Below are positions 54,698-64,000 of a stretch of 64,000 nt of DNA, one piece after another. The DNA is from Minisyncoccota bacterium (GTDB lineage: Bacteria; Patescibacteriota; Minisyncoccia; Phycocordibacterales; PALSA-1337): positions 5,511 through 69,510 of the forward strand of contig JAVHOW010000016.1 in the NCBI GenBank assembly GCA_036170235.1. The letters run 5' to 3'. The translations under genes and the position numbers were made by a program. Numbering within the stretch: position 1 is the stretch's first letter; each line of letters starts with the position of its first letter. The notes beneath the pieces are model-generated. The model did no database searches and had not been told where the DNA came from. It saw only the letters and a list, made by a program, of their open reading frames with translations.

Positions 54698-56869
54698 ATG
54701 GCAACCGAAAAAGAGACCAAAAAAAATAAGAAAAATCCTGAAAAAGGCACCGGTAAAGGTGGTTATGATTCCTCATCAATCACCGTACTAGAAGGTCTAG
54801 AACCAGTGCGCAAGCGTCCTGGAATGTATATTGGCACAACTGGACCAGATGGTCTTCACCACCTCATCACAGAAATTTTCGACAACTCTCGTGACGAGGC
54901 TATGGGTGGTTTTGCCAATGATATTGAGATCGTACTTTTGCCAAACAATCGTGTTCGCGTAGTTGATAATGGTCGCGGTATTCCAGTAGATGTACACAAG
55001 CAGACCAAAATTTCCGCATTGGAAATGGTTATGACAGTTCTTCATGCTGGAGGCAAATTTGGCGGTGAAGATAGTGGGTATAAAGGTGCTACAGGAGGTC
55101 TTCATGGTGTCGGTGCGTCGGTGGTCAATGCTTTGTCAGTGTACGCGCAGGTTTTGGTGCACAAGGACGGTGGTATTTATATGCAGGAATATTCGATCGG
55201 CAAACGCAAAGCCGCGGTGAAAAAGATTGGTTCAAGTAAACTTCATGGAACTATCGTGACTTTCCAACCAGATTCAGAAATTTTCAAAGAAGGTGTTGTT
55301 TTCGATTTCAATCGTGTAGTCAATCATATGCGCCAACAAGCGTATCTAGTTCGTGGACTTCGGATCAGTGTTATTGATGCGCGTGGTCAGGTTGCTGGTT
55401 TTGGTTCAGATAATGAACTATTTTATATTCGCGATACTGGTGTTGACGCGCCATCCTACACTTTCTTTTTCGAAGGAGGTTTGGTTTCATTGATCAAATT
55501 TACCAATCAACTCTACAAACCGATCCACAAAAATATTTTCTATGTTGAGAAAAAGGTAGAAGGTGTGGAGTCAGTCGAAGTTGCTTTGCAGTATTCCGAT
55601 GATGTTTCATCGCGTGTTATGGCTTTTGCGAACAATATTAGCAACCCAGAAGGAGGCACACACATAACTGGTTTCAAGACGTCACTCACTCGTACTTTGA
55701 ATACTTATGCAAAAAATAACAATTTGTCGAAAAATGGCGAAGATAGCTTCACTGGTGATGATGCTTTGGAAGGACTGACATCTGTTGTTTCAGTCAAACT
55801 TCGTGAAGTCCAGTTTGAAGGTCAAACCAAGGCCAAACTCGGCTCTATGGAGGCTCAGGGCGCCGTAGCGACTGTTTTTGGTGATGCGTTCGCAGCATTT
55901 TTAGAGGAAAATCCTGACGATGCGCGTGGTATCATTAACAAAGTTATTTTGGCTATGAAGGCCCGTAAGGCCGCCAAAGCCGCCAAAGATTCAGTTTTGC
56001 GCAAAGGTGCTTTGGAAGGTATGACTTTGCCTGGCAAGCTCGCTGATTGCCAGTCGAGTGATCCTGCGGAATCCGAAATCTTCATCGTAGAAGGAGACTC
56101 TGCTGGTGGTACTGCCAAACAAGGTCGTGATCGTCGCATCCAAGCTATTCTGCCACTTCGCGGAAAAATTTTGAACATTGAACGCGCGCGGTTAGATCGT
56201 ATGCTCGGTTCAGAACAGATCAAGAATCTGGTCTTGGCATTCGGTACAGCGATCGGTGATACATTCGATATTTCCAAACTTCGTTATCACAAAATTATTT
56301 TAGCAACAGATGCTGACGTTGACGGTGCGCATATTCGCACACTTATTTTGACGCTTTTGTATCGTTATTTCCGTCCACTCATCGATGGTGGCCACGTTTA
56401 CATTGCTCAACCACCCTTGTACAAGGTGAAAAAAGGCAAAGAAATTCTTTATTTCTATAGTGATGAAGAAAAGATCAGGGCGCTCGGCAAGGAGGCTGAA
56501 ACTATTGAACAAGCGGAAGCTGACCTTGATATGCAAGATGCAAATAATATCCAATCACGAGCCGAACTTCTGGAGCGTGCTGAAGCAGAATCGGACGCAG
56601 AATTGGCACCCTCCTCCGCTGAAGCTACGGAGGGCAAGGAAGGGAAGACACCAAAAATTTCAATCCAGCGCTATAAGGGTCTTGGTGAAATGAACCATTA
56701 TGAACTTTGGGAGACCACTATGGATCCAGCTCGTCGCATTCTTCGCCAAGTGACTGTTGATGATGCACAAGATGCGGATAAGGTGTTCGATATGCTGATG
56801 GGTGATGATGTTCCTGCTAGAAAATCATTTATTCAAAGCAATGCGAAGTTGGCGACGTTGGATATTTAG
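54698..56869 (+). CDS. gyrB: DNA gyrase subunit B, with a C-terminal-region insertion that includes a palindromic repeat module.
   Basis: GHKL ATPase (EIFDNSRDEAMGG, GLHGVGAS), Toprim (EGDSAGG), and C-terminal QRYKGLGEMN. Confidence 0.93.
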   Translation: MATEKETKKNKKNPEKGTGKGGYDSSSITVLEGLEPVRKRPGMYIGTTGPDGLHHLITEIFDNSRDEAMGGFANDIEIVLLPNNRVRVVDNGRGIPVDVHKQTKISALEMVMTVLHAGGKFGGEDSGYKGATGGLHGVGASVVNALSVYAQVLVHKDGGIYMQEYSIGKRKAAVKKIGSSKLHGTIVTFQPDSEIFKEGVVFDFNRVVNHMRQQAYLVRGLRISVIDARGQVAGFGSDNELFYIRDTGVDAPSYTFFFEGGLVSLIKFTNQLYKPIHKNIFYVEKKVEGVESVEVALQYSDDVSSRVMAFANNISNPEGGTHITGFKTSLTRTLNTYAKNNNLSKNGEDSFTGDDALEGLTSVVSVKLREVQFEGQTKAKLGSMEAQGAVATVFGDAFAAFLEENPDDARGIINKVILAMKARKAAKAAKDSVLRKGALEGMTLPGKLADCQSSDPAESEIFIVEGDSAGGTAKQGRDRRIQAILPLRGKILNIERARLDRMLGSEQIKNLVLAFGTAIGDTFDISKLRYHKIILATDADVDGAHIRTLILTLLYRYFRPLIDGGHVYIAQPPLYKVKKGKEILYFYSDEEKIRALGKEAETIEQAEADLDMQDANNIQSRAELLERAEAESDAELAPSSAEATEGKEGKTPKISIQRYKGLGEMNHYELWETTMDPARRILRQVTVDDAQDADKVFDMLMGDDVPARKSFIQSNAKLATLDI
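56607..56647 (+). repeat. Hairpin repeat module caccctcctccgctgaagctacggagggcaaggaaggg, in-frame in gyrB (encodes PSSAEATEGKEGK).
   Basis: A 28-nt stretch cctccgctgaagctacggagggcaagga is identical to the rplE copy. Confidence 0.8.
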
Positions 56870-56875
56870 TAAATT

Positions 56876-56904
56876 AAAAATACCCTTGAGCAAGGGTATT
56901 TTTA
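56876..56904. terminator. Bidirectional terminator between gyrB and hsp20.
   Basis: aaaaatacccttgagcaagggtattttta. Confidence 0.65.
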
Positions 56905-56908
56905 ATTC

Positions 56909-57373
56909 TTACACCGTCTTGACCTTCAACTTTGACTGTCTCTTCTTGTCTAATTTGGGTAATTTCAAGATGAGTAAACCATGCTTTTCAACCGCCTCTG
57001 CTTCATCTACGTCAATCTCTTCGGGAAGCTGAACGGTACGCGAGAATGAACCCCAAAATAGTTCACGAGTAAAATAATCTTCATCACGGGCTATACGTTC
57101 TTCTTCGCGGGTACCACGAATAGTGACCATATCACGAGTAATAGAAACATCTAGATCTTCTGGACGTACACCAGCAATCATGGCTTTGACTACGATCATT
57201 TCAGGCGTCTGATAGACGTCAATTGTGAGCTCGGCGTCTTTGTCGGACTCTTCTTCGATCCAAGTCGCGACTTCTCCACTACCTTTTTTTGCAACTTTAG
57301 TTTCTGCTGATTCATCGTCCATACGGACGGTGCCAGTGAGACGCTCGAAGAATGATCTTTTGTCTTTTGCCAT
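56909..57373 (-). CDS. Hsp20/alpha-crystallin small heat-shock protein.
   Basis: ACD core ...TIDVYQTPEMIVVKAMIAGVRPEDLDVSI...GLLILKLPK. Confidence 0.85.
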   Translation of the reverse strand: MAKDKRSFFERLTGTVRMDDESAETKVAKKGSGEVATWIEEESDKDAELTIDVYQTPEMIVVKAMIAGVRPEDLDVSITRDMVTIRGTREEERIARDEDYFTRELFWGSFSRTVQLPEEIDVDEAEAVEKHGLLILKLPKLDKKRQSKLKVKTV

Positions 57374-57523
57374 AGTAATATTTAGTAAGATGTATTAAGA
57401 ATTTCCTTGTAATTATAGAGCAAATAAGAAATTAAAGGAAGATTGATAAAGGTTGATAGTGTGTACAACCCTGAATCTTGTACAAAGTAACAAATTCAGG
57501 ATCCGTAGTCGCATGACTATAAG

Positions 57524-58213
57524 TCACCACAACTTCGGACGGACGACTTTTATTTCTTCAAATAGAATAATCATGATAACAACTGCTCCCCAAATCCAAG
57601 AAAATGTTTTGAGCGTGTCCATGGGATTTGATTCGAGGATAGAAAGATTGAACGCGGTGTGTATTGCGATTGCTCCGCATAGTCCGACTATAATAGCAAT
57701 AATTTTTGTGAATTTACCGTGGTAAAAAACATATCCTAGCGTAAATCCAACACTTGCCGAACTGACGACGTGAAGAAGAGTCGCGCCCATAAAGCGCATA
57801 TTTCCAGTAACAATACTTCTGGCAATTTCTCCGCCAGAGAGCGGACCCATAATAAAAAGCGCATTTTCTAAAGCGGCGAAACCAAGAGCAGTAACAATGC
57901 AGTAAATCATCGCATCGATAGGTTCATCGTTTTCTTTTGAATGTAGAGCAATGACGGCAACAGCTATGAATTTGGATATTTCTTCAACTGCCGCCCAAAG
58001 AGTATAACGAATGGTTTCATCATTATATATGCTAGCGACATATTTTTCCGCGAACACAGCCGCGATAACTGCTGCCATGCCGCCTAGAAAACATGCAACA
58101 AGCAATGAGCGTGGTTCAGGATGCTGACGATCTTCGCGGAGCCAAAACCAGAGCCAAATAAAAGAGGGAAGTAGTCCAGATAATATTGCGTATGTAAGAG
58201 CGGTGGCTGACAT
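57524..58213 (-). CDS. PrsW-family intramembrane metalloprotease.
   Basis: Multi-TM protein with the EExxK motif (EEISKF) and FxxxH (FMGATLLH). Confidence 0.65.
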   Translation of the reverse strand: MSATALTYAILSGLLPSFIWLWFWLREDRQHPEPRSLLVACFLGGMAAVIAAVFAEKYVASIYNDETIRYTLWAAVEEISKFIAVAVIALHSKENDEPIDAMIYCIVTALGFAALENALFIMGPLSGGEIARSIVTGNMRFMGATLLHVVSSASVGFTLGYVFYHGKFTKIIAIIVGLCGAIAIHTAFNLSILESNPMDTLKTFSWIWGAVVIMIILFEEIKVVRPKLW

Positions 58214-58435
58214 AGACTTATAATACTAGTATATCAAAGTTTATTTGCGCGCGCCTGTTTACAATAAAAATTTATACTATACTATTGACAAATATGCAAT
58301 TATTTGCTAGAAAGTGTACAGAATCTACATTGTCTATTAGTTGAAGGCAGGACTCACTATTGAGATAATGAATGTTCCTAGTGGACGTTCTTCTGTATTG
58401 TTGATTGATAGACTAAATAGAAAGAAAATTGAAAC

Positions 58436-59554
58436 ATGAAAATGAAACTACTGTTCGTTCTGGCGCTTACTTGCGCTTGCACGATGTCGGCCGTCACTTT
58501 GACGGTCGTGAATGGTGATGACGATAACGTCGTCAACTTCAAAAACACTCAACCAGGATACGTGCCAGCAATTAAGGCCGCTATGCTTGGTTTGCAAAAT
58601 TCGCGTCCCGCGATCGGCGAGAACGGAGTGTATATCTCTTCGGAGCCTGCACTTACATCGCCAAACCTCGGTCAAAGCCGTATTTACGTGATGGCGGGTC
58701 TGGCCGGTGCTGATGTGCCAACGGATCGAACACTCAATCCAGCTGCTTGGAATCGTATTCCAACAACATGGGGAACCAACTTTGGTTTTCAGTGGTTTGA
58801 TATGACGACAACCACTTCATTGAGTTTCATGGGTGCTCCAGCACCTGTGAGTGGTTTGGCTACCAACGAACATGGTCACAGGATAGTTATCTCGTTGAGT
58901 GGTCGAGGAAACCCAAGTGGGTATTACGTCAGAGTTTCCACCTCGTTGACAAATATTGCCTCGGCGTATTTTCCGATCAGCACTAATTCGGTTGGTGACA
59001 CTCCTTTACAGTTCAGCTACACCTTTGTTGGAATCGATTATGGTGAAGATGGTGTTCTGAACAGTGCTTGGAGCGCACAGCTTGGAAAATGGGTCGCAGG
59101 CGGTGACGATACGGTGTATGACGGTAGCCAAGTTTCGCCGGTGTATCCGTATCAAGTCCACATAGATTATTGGCAACGGTTTGGATCAAGCGTGATTCTC
59201 ACTGGAGCAGGACCGTCGAATTTTTCCGATGTAATGGATCAGTTTGCGACTATGCCGATTCCGTGGTTAAAGGCGGAGTTGATTACAGGTGACACTACCG
59301 TAGCGTCTGAAACAGTGACTGCGGCTGTTCCGTCATTGAACATCATGAAATATACGCCAACGATGTACCGATTATTGATTGTGGGGGGTCAATACAATTT
59401 CCCTTATGATCTTGAGTCGGCGACTGACCTAAGTGGCGCTCCTTGGGTGAAAATGCTCGGACAGACGCTGTTTCTTGGCAGTCAAGGACAGTTTGATGTC
59501 ACCAATGCTCTACCCCAAGACTACTTTCGGCTCAAAACACGCCGTACATGGTAG
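58436..59554 (+). CDS. Secreted hypothetical protein, compositionally GC-rich relative to its neighbours.
   Basis: Signal peptide MKMKLLFVLALTCACTMSA. No recognised domain. Confidence 0.5.
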   Translation: MKMKLLFVLALTCACTMSAVTLTVVNGDDDNVVNFKNTQPGYVPAIKAAMLGLQNSRPAIGENGVYISSEPALTSPNLGQSRIYVMAGLAGADVPTDRTLNPAAWNRIPTTWGTNFGFQWFDMTTTTSLSFMGAPAPVSGLATNEHGHRIVISLSGRGNPSGYYVRVSTSLTNIASAYFPISTNSVGDTPLQFSYTFVGIDYGEDGVLNSAWSAQLGKWVAGGDDTVYDGSQVSPVYPYQVHIDYWQRFGSSVILTGAGPSNFSDVMDQFATMPIPWLKAELITGDTTVASETVTAAVPSLNIMKYTPTMYRLLIVGGQYNFPYDLESATDLSGAPWVKMLGQTLFLGSQGQFDVTNALPQDYFRLKTRRTW

Positions 59555-59593
59555 ACACCTTCTCTGATCCTTGAGGGTTCTGGAAAAAATGTT

Positions 59594-59627
59594 AAACGGC
59601 TTGCCATTCGTGGTGAGCCGTTTTTTT
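59594..59627. terminator. Rho-independent terminator.
   Basis: aaacggcttgccattcgtggtgagccgttttttt. Confidence 0.55.
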
Positions 59628-59686
59628 GTTGACAAATATTCATATGTATGATAGCTTTTTGCTATTATAAAAATTCGTAAGAATAT

Positions 59687-60598
59687 TTGAACACACATAT
59701 GAAAAATAGTTTTAATTCAATAACTTTCTTGGCATTTGTCGCTCTAATGCTCGCTTTTGTGACGCCTGCTATGGCGGCTACAATCAATGGCGCCGATGAC
59801 ACTATTGCTCCCCCAACTGTAGTCACACCTTCAGGACAAAACACATCAACTCCAGCAACAACTAACGGTGCTGATGATACTGTCGCTCCTCCAGCTAATG
59901 CCCCAACAACAGGTTCTTCAGGTTCAGTTGCTCAAACAACCAATGGTGCCGATGATGCACCAACCACACCAACAACCCCAGCAACACCTCCAGTTACTTC
60001 TTCAGGTGGCTCTTACTATTCAGGCGGTTCATCGGGTGGTGGTCGTTCATTTCTTGCTTCTGCTGTTTCTACGGTAACTCCTACAGTTACACTTGTTTCA
60101 ACTACATCATGCCCACTTATCACTGACTATCTCAAACTCGGTGGCAATAACAATCCAGCACAAGTCACCAATCTTCAAATCTTCCTCAAGAATTCTGAAA
60201 AGCTCGGTGTTGACGTTAACGGTACATTTGATCAAAAGACCGAAGATGCAGTGAAATCATTCCAGCTAAAGTACCTTCCATCAATTCTCGGTCCTTGGGA
60301 TGCTACACGCGCAACTGGTTTCGTATACATCACAACTACCAAGAAGATCAATGAGCTCGCTTGTGCATCACCGATTGTTCTCTATGCTGAAGAGCAAGCT
60401 ATTATCGCCGCATACAAAGCGCGTGGCGTTGTTGTAGAACAACCTTCAGAAACTGTTGCTCCTGCAAATAGCAATGCAACTGGAACTCTCGAAGTTGGTA
60501 CAAATGATAATGGTCAAGCCGCAGATAATACAGCGGCAGTTGGCGGTGCATCAATACTATCTCGTTTCTGGGATTTTATCGTGAATCTATTCAGGTAA
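59687..60598 (+). CDS. Secreted protein with three TNGADDT-APP repeats, a Pro/Thr-rich linker and a C-terminal PG-binding-like domain.
   Basis: Signal peptide. Repeats ATINGADDTIAPP / TTNGADDTVAPP / TTNGADDAPTTP. LKLGGNNNPAQVTNLQIFLKN...FDQKTEDAVKSFQ. Confidence 0.55.
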   Translation: MNTHMKNSFNSITFLAFVALMLAFVTPAMAATINGADDTIAPPTVVTPSGQNTSTPATTNGADDTVAPPANAPTTGSSGSVAQTTNGADDAPTTPTTPATPPVTSSGGSYYSGGSSGGGRSFLASAVSTVTPTVTLVSTTSCPLITDYLKLGGNNNPAQVTNLQIFLKNSEKLGVDVNGTFDQKTEDAVKSFQLKYLPSILGPWDATRATGFVYITTTKKINELACASPIVLYAEEQAIIAAYKARGVVVEQPSETVAPANSNATGTLEVGTNDNGQAADNTAAVGGASILSRFWDFIVNLFR

Positions 60599-60615
60599 TT
60601 ATTTAACATCTAAAT

Positions 60616-60656
60616 CAAAAAACCACCCTTCGATAAAAACTCAGGGTGGTTTTTTT
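60616..60656. terminator. Bidirectional terminator. Copy 2 of the identical 39-nt hairpin repeat, in inverted orientation relative to 20302.
   Basis: aaaaaaccacccttcgataaaaactcagggtggttttttt. Confidence 0.7.
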
Positions 60657-60696
60657 GTTGGACGAATAGATGAGGTGTCAACTTATTTATTAATTC

Positions 60697-61989
60697 CTAA
60701 TTTCCTAATCTCTTTGTACCGTGGGCACGAATTTCTTTTGATGTGTTGGGTCCACTTAGTGCGCCAGCCAGCGCAATCATCAAAGCATTGTCACCTGAAA
60801 TGTGTTGAGAAGGTAAGTATAATCCAATCCCATATTCCGTAGCAGTTTTTTGAAATTGCGCGCGAAGCATGGAATTGGCACTGACACCACCGCCGATAAT
60901 CACTGATTGAGCGCCAGTTTCTTCAATAGCTTTTCGAAGCTTTGCGTCAAGAGTTTCCGTGACAGAATCTTCAAATTCACGCGCTAATCCTTTTTTGAAT
61001 TCATCGCTCAAAAAATTATCTTTTGAGTTTGTTGATTTTTCCTCATCTTTCACTGCGTAAAGAACCGCGGTTTTTAGTCCTGAAAATGAAAAATTTAAAT
61101 CCCCACTATTTATCATTGGTCTAGGTAATTTTAAAATAGATTTAATTCCTTGCTCACGCGCTGATTGTGCCAGTTTTGAAATATGCGGACCGCCAGGATA
61201 TGGTAATCCAAGCAAGCGCGCGACTTTATCGAATGCCTCACCAACCGCGTCATCTTTGGTCTGACCGATGATGGTGTAGTGAAATTTTTGGGCAACCAGT
61301 TTATTTGATGATGTTTCAACTTTAACCAACTCCGTATGCCCGCCACTAATGAGTAATGCTAATGCTGGCATTGGTAACGTTTTTAACTTTTGCCATTCGC
61401 AATTTGCAACATCTGATTCTAGTAATGATCCGACGACATGACCTTCCATATGATTTACGGGAATAACAGGTATATTCCAAAGTCGCGATAACATTTTGGC
61501 AAATACGATTCCTGTCCATAAAGCTGGTTCAAGTCCAGGACCTTCGGTGACCGCTATAGCGTCAATGTTTGGTTTATAAGCGAGAAACTGTGCATTCACT
61601 ACGGATGCCACCAAATCGGAATTTTGTTCTGCGAATTCAGTTTTGAACGATGCTGTGATTTCATTGAAGTTACCAATTTTTTCAGTCGTAGGAGTATTCG
61701 TTCGGGTGTCTTCTTCTTGAATCTTGAATCGTGAATCTTGAATCGTTACACTTATTTTTTTGTCTACTTTTAATTTTTCCAAAATTTTTTCCAATAATGG
61801 CACCAAATTTTTTTCATGTTCACGTTTTGCCAAAGTAGGGAAGACGCCGCCATACGCACTATGAAGCTCCGCTTGAGAATGAATCAACGATGAAATAACC
61901 CGACATTCGAATATGCCGTTATTGTCGCATGTCTCTATGATTGCGAGCGCTGTTTCGTCGCAAGATGTTTCGATTCCGAGGATGATCAT
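60697..61989 (-). CDS. tsaD: tRNA N6-adenosine threonylcarbamoyltransferase TsaD (Kae1/Gcp family) with a ~60-80-aa internal insertion.
   Basis: MIILGIETSCDETALAI and the HxxGH metal site (HMEGHV). 430 aa, versus ~340 typical from memory. The insertion contains heptamer DNA repeats. Confidence 0.85.
   Translation of the reverse strand: MIILGIETSCDETALAIIETCDNNGIFECRVISSLIHSQAELHSAYGGVFPTLAKREHEKNLVPLLEKILEKLKVDKKISVTIQDSRFKIQEEDTRTNTPTTEKIGNFNEITASFKTEFAEQNSDLVASVVNAQFLAYKPNIDAIAVTEGPGLEPALWTGIVFAKMLSRLWNIPVIPVNHMEGHVVGSLLESDVANCEWQKLKTLPMPALALLISGGHTELVKVETSSNKLVAQKFHYTIIGQTKDDAVGEAFDKVARLLGLPYPGGPHISKLAQSAREQGIKSILKLPRPMINSGDLNFSFSGLKTAVLYAVKDEEKSTNSKDNFLSDEFKKGLAREFEDSVTETLDAKLRKAIEETGAQSVIIGGGVSANSMLRAQFQKTATEYGIGLYLPSQHISGDNALMIALAGALSGPNTSKEIRAHGTKRLGN
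61715..61747. repeat. Heptamer array cttgaat cttgaat cgtgaat cttgaat cgtt inside the tsaD insertion (encodes TIQDSRFKIQE on the minus strand).
   Basis: Seen directly. Same periodicity and core (GAAT/ATTC) as the r-protein spacer arrays. Confidence 0.6.
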
Positions 61990-62059
61990 GGGTGTTTGGA
62001 GGTGCGCTCATTGTACCAAGTCCGAACATTTTTTCAAAACAAAAGAACGTGTTAATATA

Positions 62060-64000
62060 TATGTATAAAATGACCTCGACAAAAATAGAAACTTCTCATA
62101 TTTTCGCATTATTCTTTACGCTTATTCTTGGTTTTTTTACATTTATAAATTGGACCAATCAGCAATATGATTTAATATCAAACATTTCTCCGTCTTCACA
62201 GTTGGCTCAAGCCTTTATCACTCCTGATCCAGCCCAAAATCTACTAATTATTTATAATAGTAATTCTCTTGTTCCAGAAAGTGCAGAATTGAAAGATTTT
62301 TATTTAGTAAATCGTCCCGGTATTACAAATGCTAATGTTTTGGGAATTGATATTAATAAAACTTCTACGCAATATGATAATATCAGTCCATTTGATTATA
62401 TTAGTGAAGTTGATTTTAATACTATTATTCGTGATGCCGTTTCCGCTTGGTTTCAAAGTCATACTGATAAATCTATTAAATATATAGTTGTTATGTATGG
62501 TGTTCCTACTCGTGTGATCAATAATACTACTTATGCCGGTAGTGTAGATAATAGATTAAATCAAATTAATGGTGCATTAGTTACTCGTATGGATATGGGA
62601 ACTGTTATAGCAACAAAAGCTTATATTGCAAAATTGGCGGCAGCTTATACTGGTAATCTAATAATATATTCAAATAATGTAGGTAATACATATTATTTTG
62701 ATGATGCTCAAGGATATACTCAAGCAAATAATGGTCAATTTGCACAGAACGCAGTATTAGGTGTTAATCCATCAGCAAATATAGTATATTCTGCGACAGG
62801 AGATCCACGAACTGATGGTGTACACATACGCAATGCTAGTGATGTAAAAGGGTTTATGACATGGGGGGCTAATGGTTATCTTGGCCCAGATTATGCTAAT
62901 AATGGCTACTTTAAATTCTCTGGAAATTCTGGATGGTATATTTTACAAACAATAGAGTCGTGGAATGGTCAGCGTTACACTGTAAATTCTGGTCAGTCTA
63001 CTTTTCTTAAGTGGTTTTCTTCTGATGCTTTTGGAGGTACTAATTATGAGAATACTCCAATTGGTGCTGTAGTACATGTGGAAGAACCAGGTTTAGGTGG
63101 TGTTAATTCTCCACAATATTTCTCATTATGGGAACAGGGATATCCTTTTGCAGATACTGCTTGGGGAAGTAGAGTTACTCCATTTTTTATGGCAATAGGA
63201 GATCCTCTTGTTGCTAGTTCAAAATTTACACCAGTAATAGTAGATATACCAGTAGCCACAATTAATATCTCTTCACCATCAATAATTTCTGGTCAATCAG
63301 TGACTATTACATGGTCATCAAATAATGCAAATTCATGTCTAGGTTTTGGTGGAACATTTGGTGGAATAAAATCTATATCTGGAACAGAAATAGTGACTCC
63401 AATAACTAATACAATATATAGTATCACTTGTGCTGGTCCTGGTGGTATTTCTAGTATAAATAGCGTATCTCTTTCTATTACAATTCCAGATACTATAAAA
63501 CCAGTTATTTCTAATATTAGATCCTCTCCCATTATAAATAGTGTAAGTATATCCTGGTCAGTAAATGAACCTGTGGAATCACAAGTATTATATGGACTTA
63601 CTACAAATTATGAATCTAATACATCTATATCAAATTTAAAAACCCAAATTATTTCTGGTTTAGCACCAAATACTCTGTATCATTATCAAATAAAATCTAT
63701 TGATACTGCTGGTAATATTGCTACTTCTTCAGATAATACATTTACTACACAAGTACAGCCAATAAATTCTACTATTACAATAGCATCTAGATTAAATGGA
63801 AAGATTCTTACTGTAAGTCAGGTTGGTAATTCCTGTGTTTCAAATCTGAATTCTCCTACTGGTAGTAATACAGCAACATGTTCACGAAATATAGATGTTA
63901 CAAGTCCAGGTATGTATTCAGTACAGTGGTATCGTGGGTATCCTATTGGAGCAGATATAAAAAAAATACCGACAATAACACCGGCACAAAATCTTATTAA
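62060..64000 (+). CDS. Large surface/secreted protein, 3'-partial and open to the window end. It has an N-terminal TM anchor and FN3-like domains, is very AT-rich, and is absent from the supplied ORF track.
   Basis: Manually translated from ATG 62060 (MYKMTSTKIETSHIFALFFTLILGFFTF...) with no stop through 64000. ...SISWSVNEPVESQVLYGLTTNYES...LAPNTLYHYQIKSIDTAGN is an FN3-like motif. Confidence 0.6.

Overview
This window is low-GC bacterial chromosome with hallmarks of a Candidate Phyla Radiation (Patescibacteria-like) genome. The core is an S10-spc-type ribosomal protein cluster in the order tuf, rpsJ, rplC, rplD, rplW, rplB, rpsS, rplV, rpsC, rplP, rpmC, rpsQ, rplN, rplX, rplE, rpsN(type Z), rpsH, rplF, rplR, rpsE, rplO, secY, then rpsB-tsf. 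It has no L30 gene and many r-proteins carry Lys/Ala/Gly-rich terminal extensions. The cluster is interrupted twice: by an antisense orphan histidine kinase between rplB and rpsS, and by a 4.6-kb island (FN3 secreted protein, ECF sigma/anti-sigma, frameshifted DUF2726, PemK/MazF toxin) between rplE and rpsN. Other content includes uvrB, uvrA and uvrC, gyrA and gyrB, short-form infB, rbfA, ddl, zwf, pheST and tsaD. There are also a sortase with two sorting-signal surface proteins, a second HK/RR pair, four tRNAs (Leu-UAA, Cys-GCA, Ala-UGC, Thr-UGU), a probable RNase P RNA and a second promoter-driven structured RNA candidate. The most unusual feature is a dense set of small palindromic repeat families. 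(i) A 19-bp perfect palindrome TCCAAGGTCNGACCTTGGA occurs 6 times; two copies flank an IS200-like REP-associated tyrosine transposase (RAYT) gene, one sits inside pheT, and one lies 8 nt upstream of the gyrA start. (ii) A ~121-nt GC-rich element with terminal inverted repeats is inserted in-frame in both uvrB and uvrA. (iii) A 28-nt identical hairpin module is embedded in-frame at the rplE C-terminus and in gyrB, and a related GGAGGTG/CACCTCC double hairpin lies in uvrB. (iv) A ~170-bp MITE-like hairpin sits in the rpsJ-rplC spacer. (v) A ~45-bp repeat sits at the 5' ends of three minus-strand transcription units. (vi) Heptameric ACGAAT/GATTCA arrays occur in r-protein spacers and inside tsaD. 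This resembles Rickettsia-type in-frame palindromic elements combined with a REP/RAYT system, and the combination may be undescribed for this lineage.
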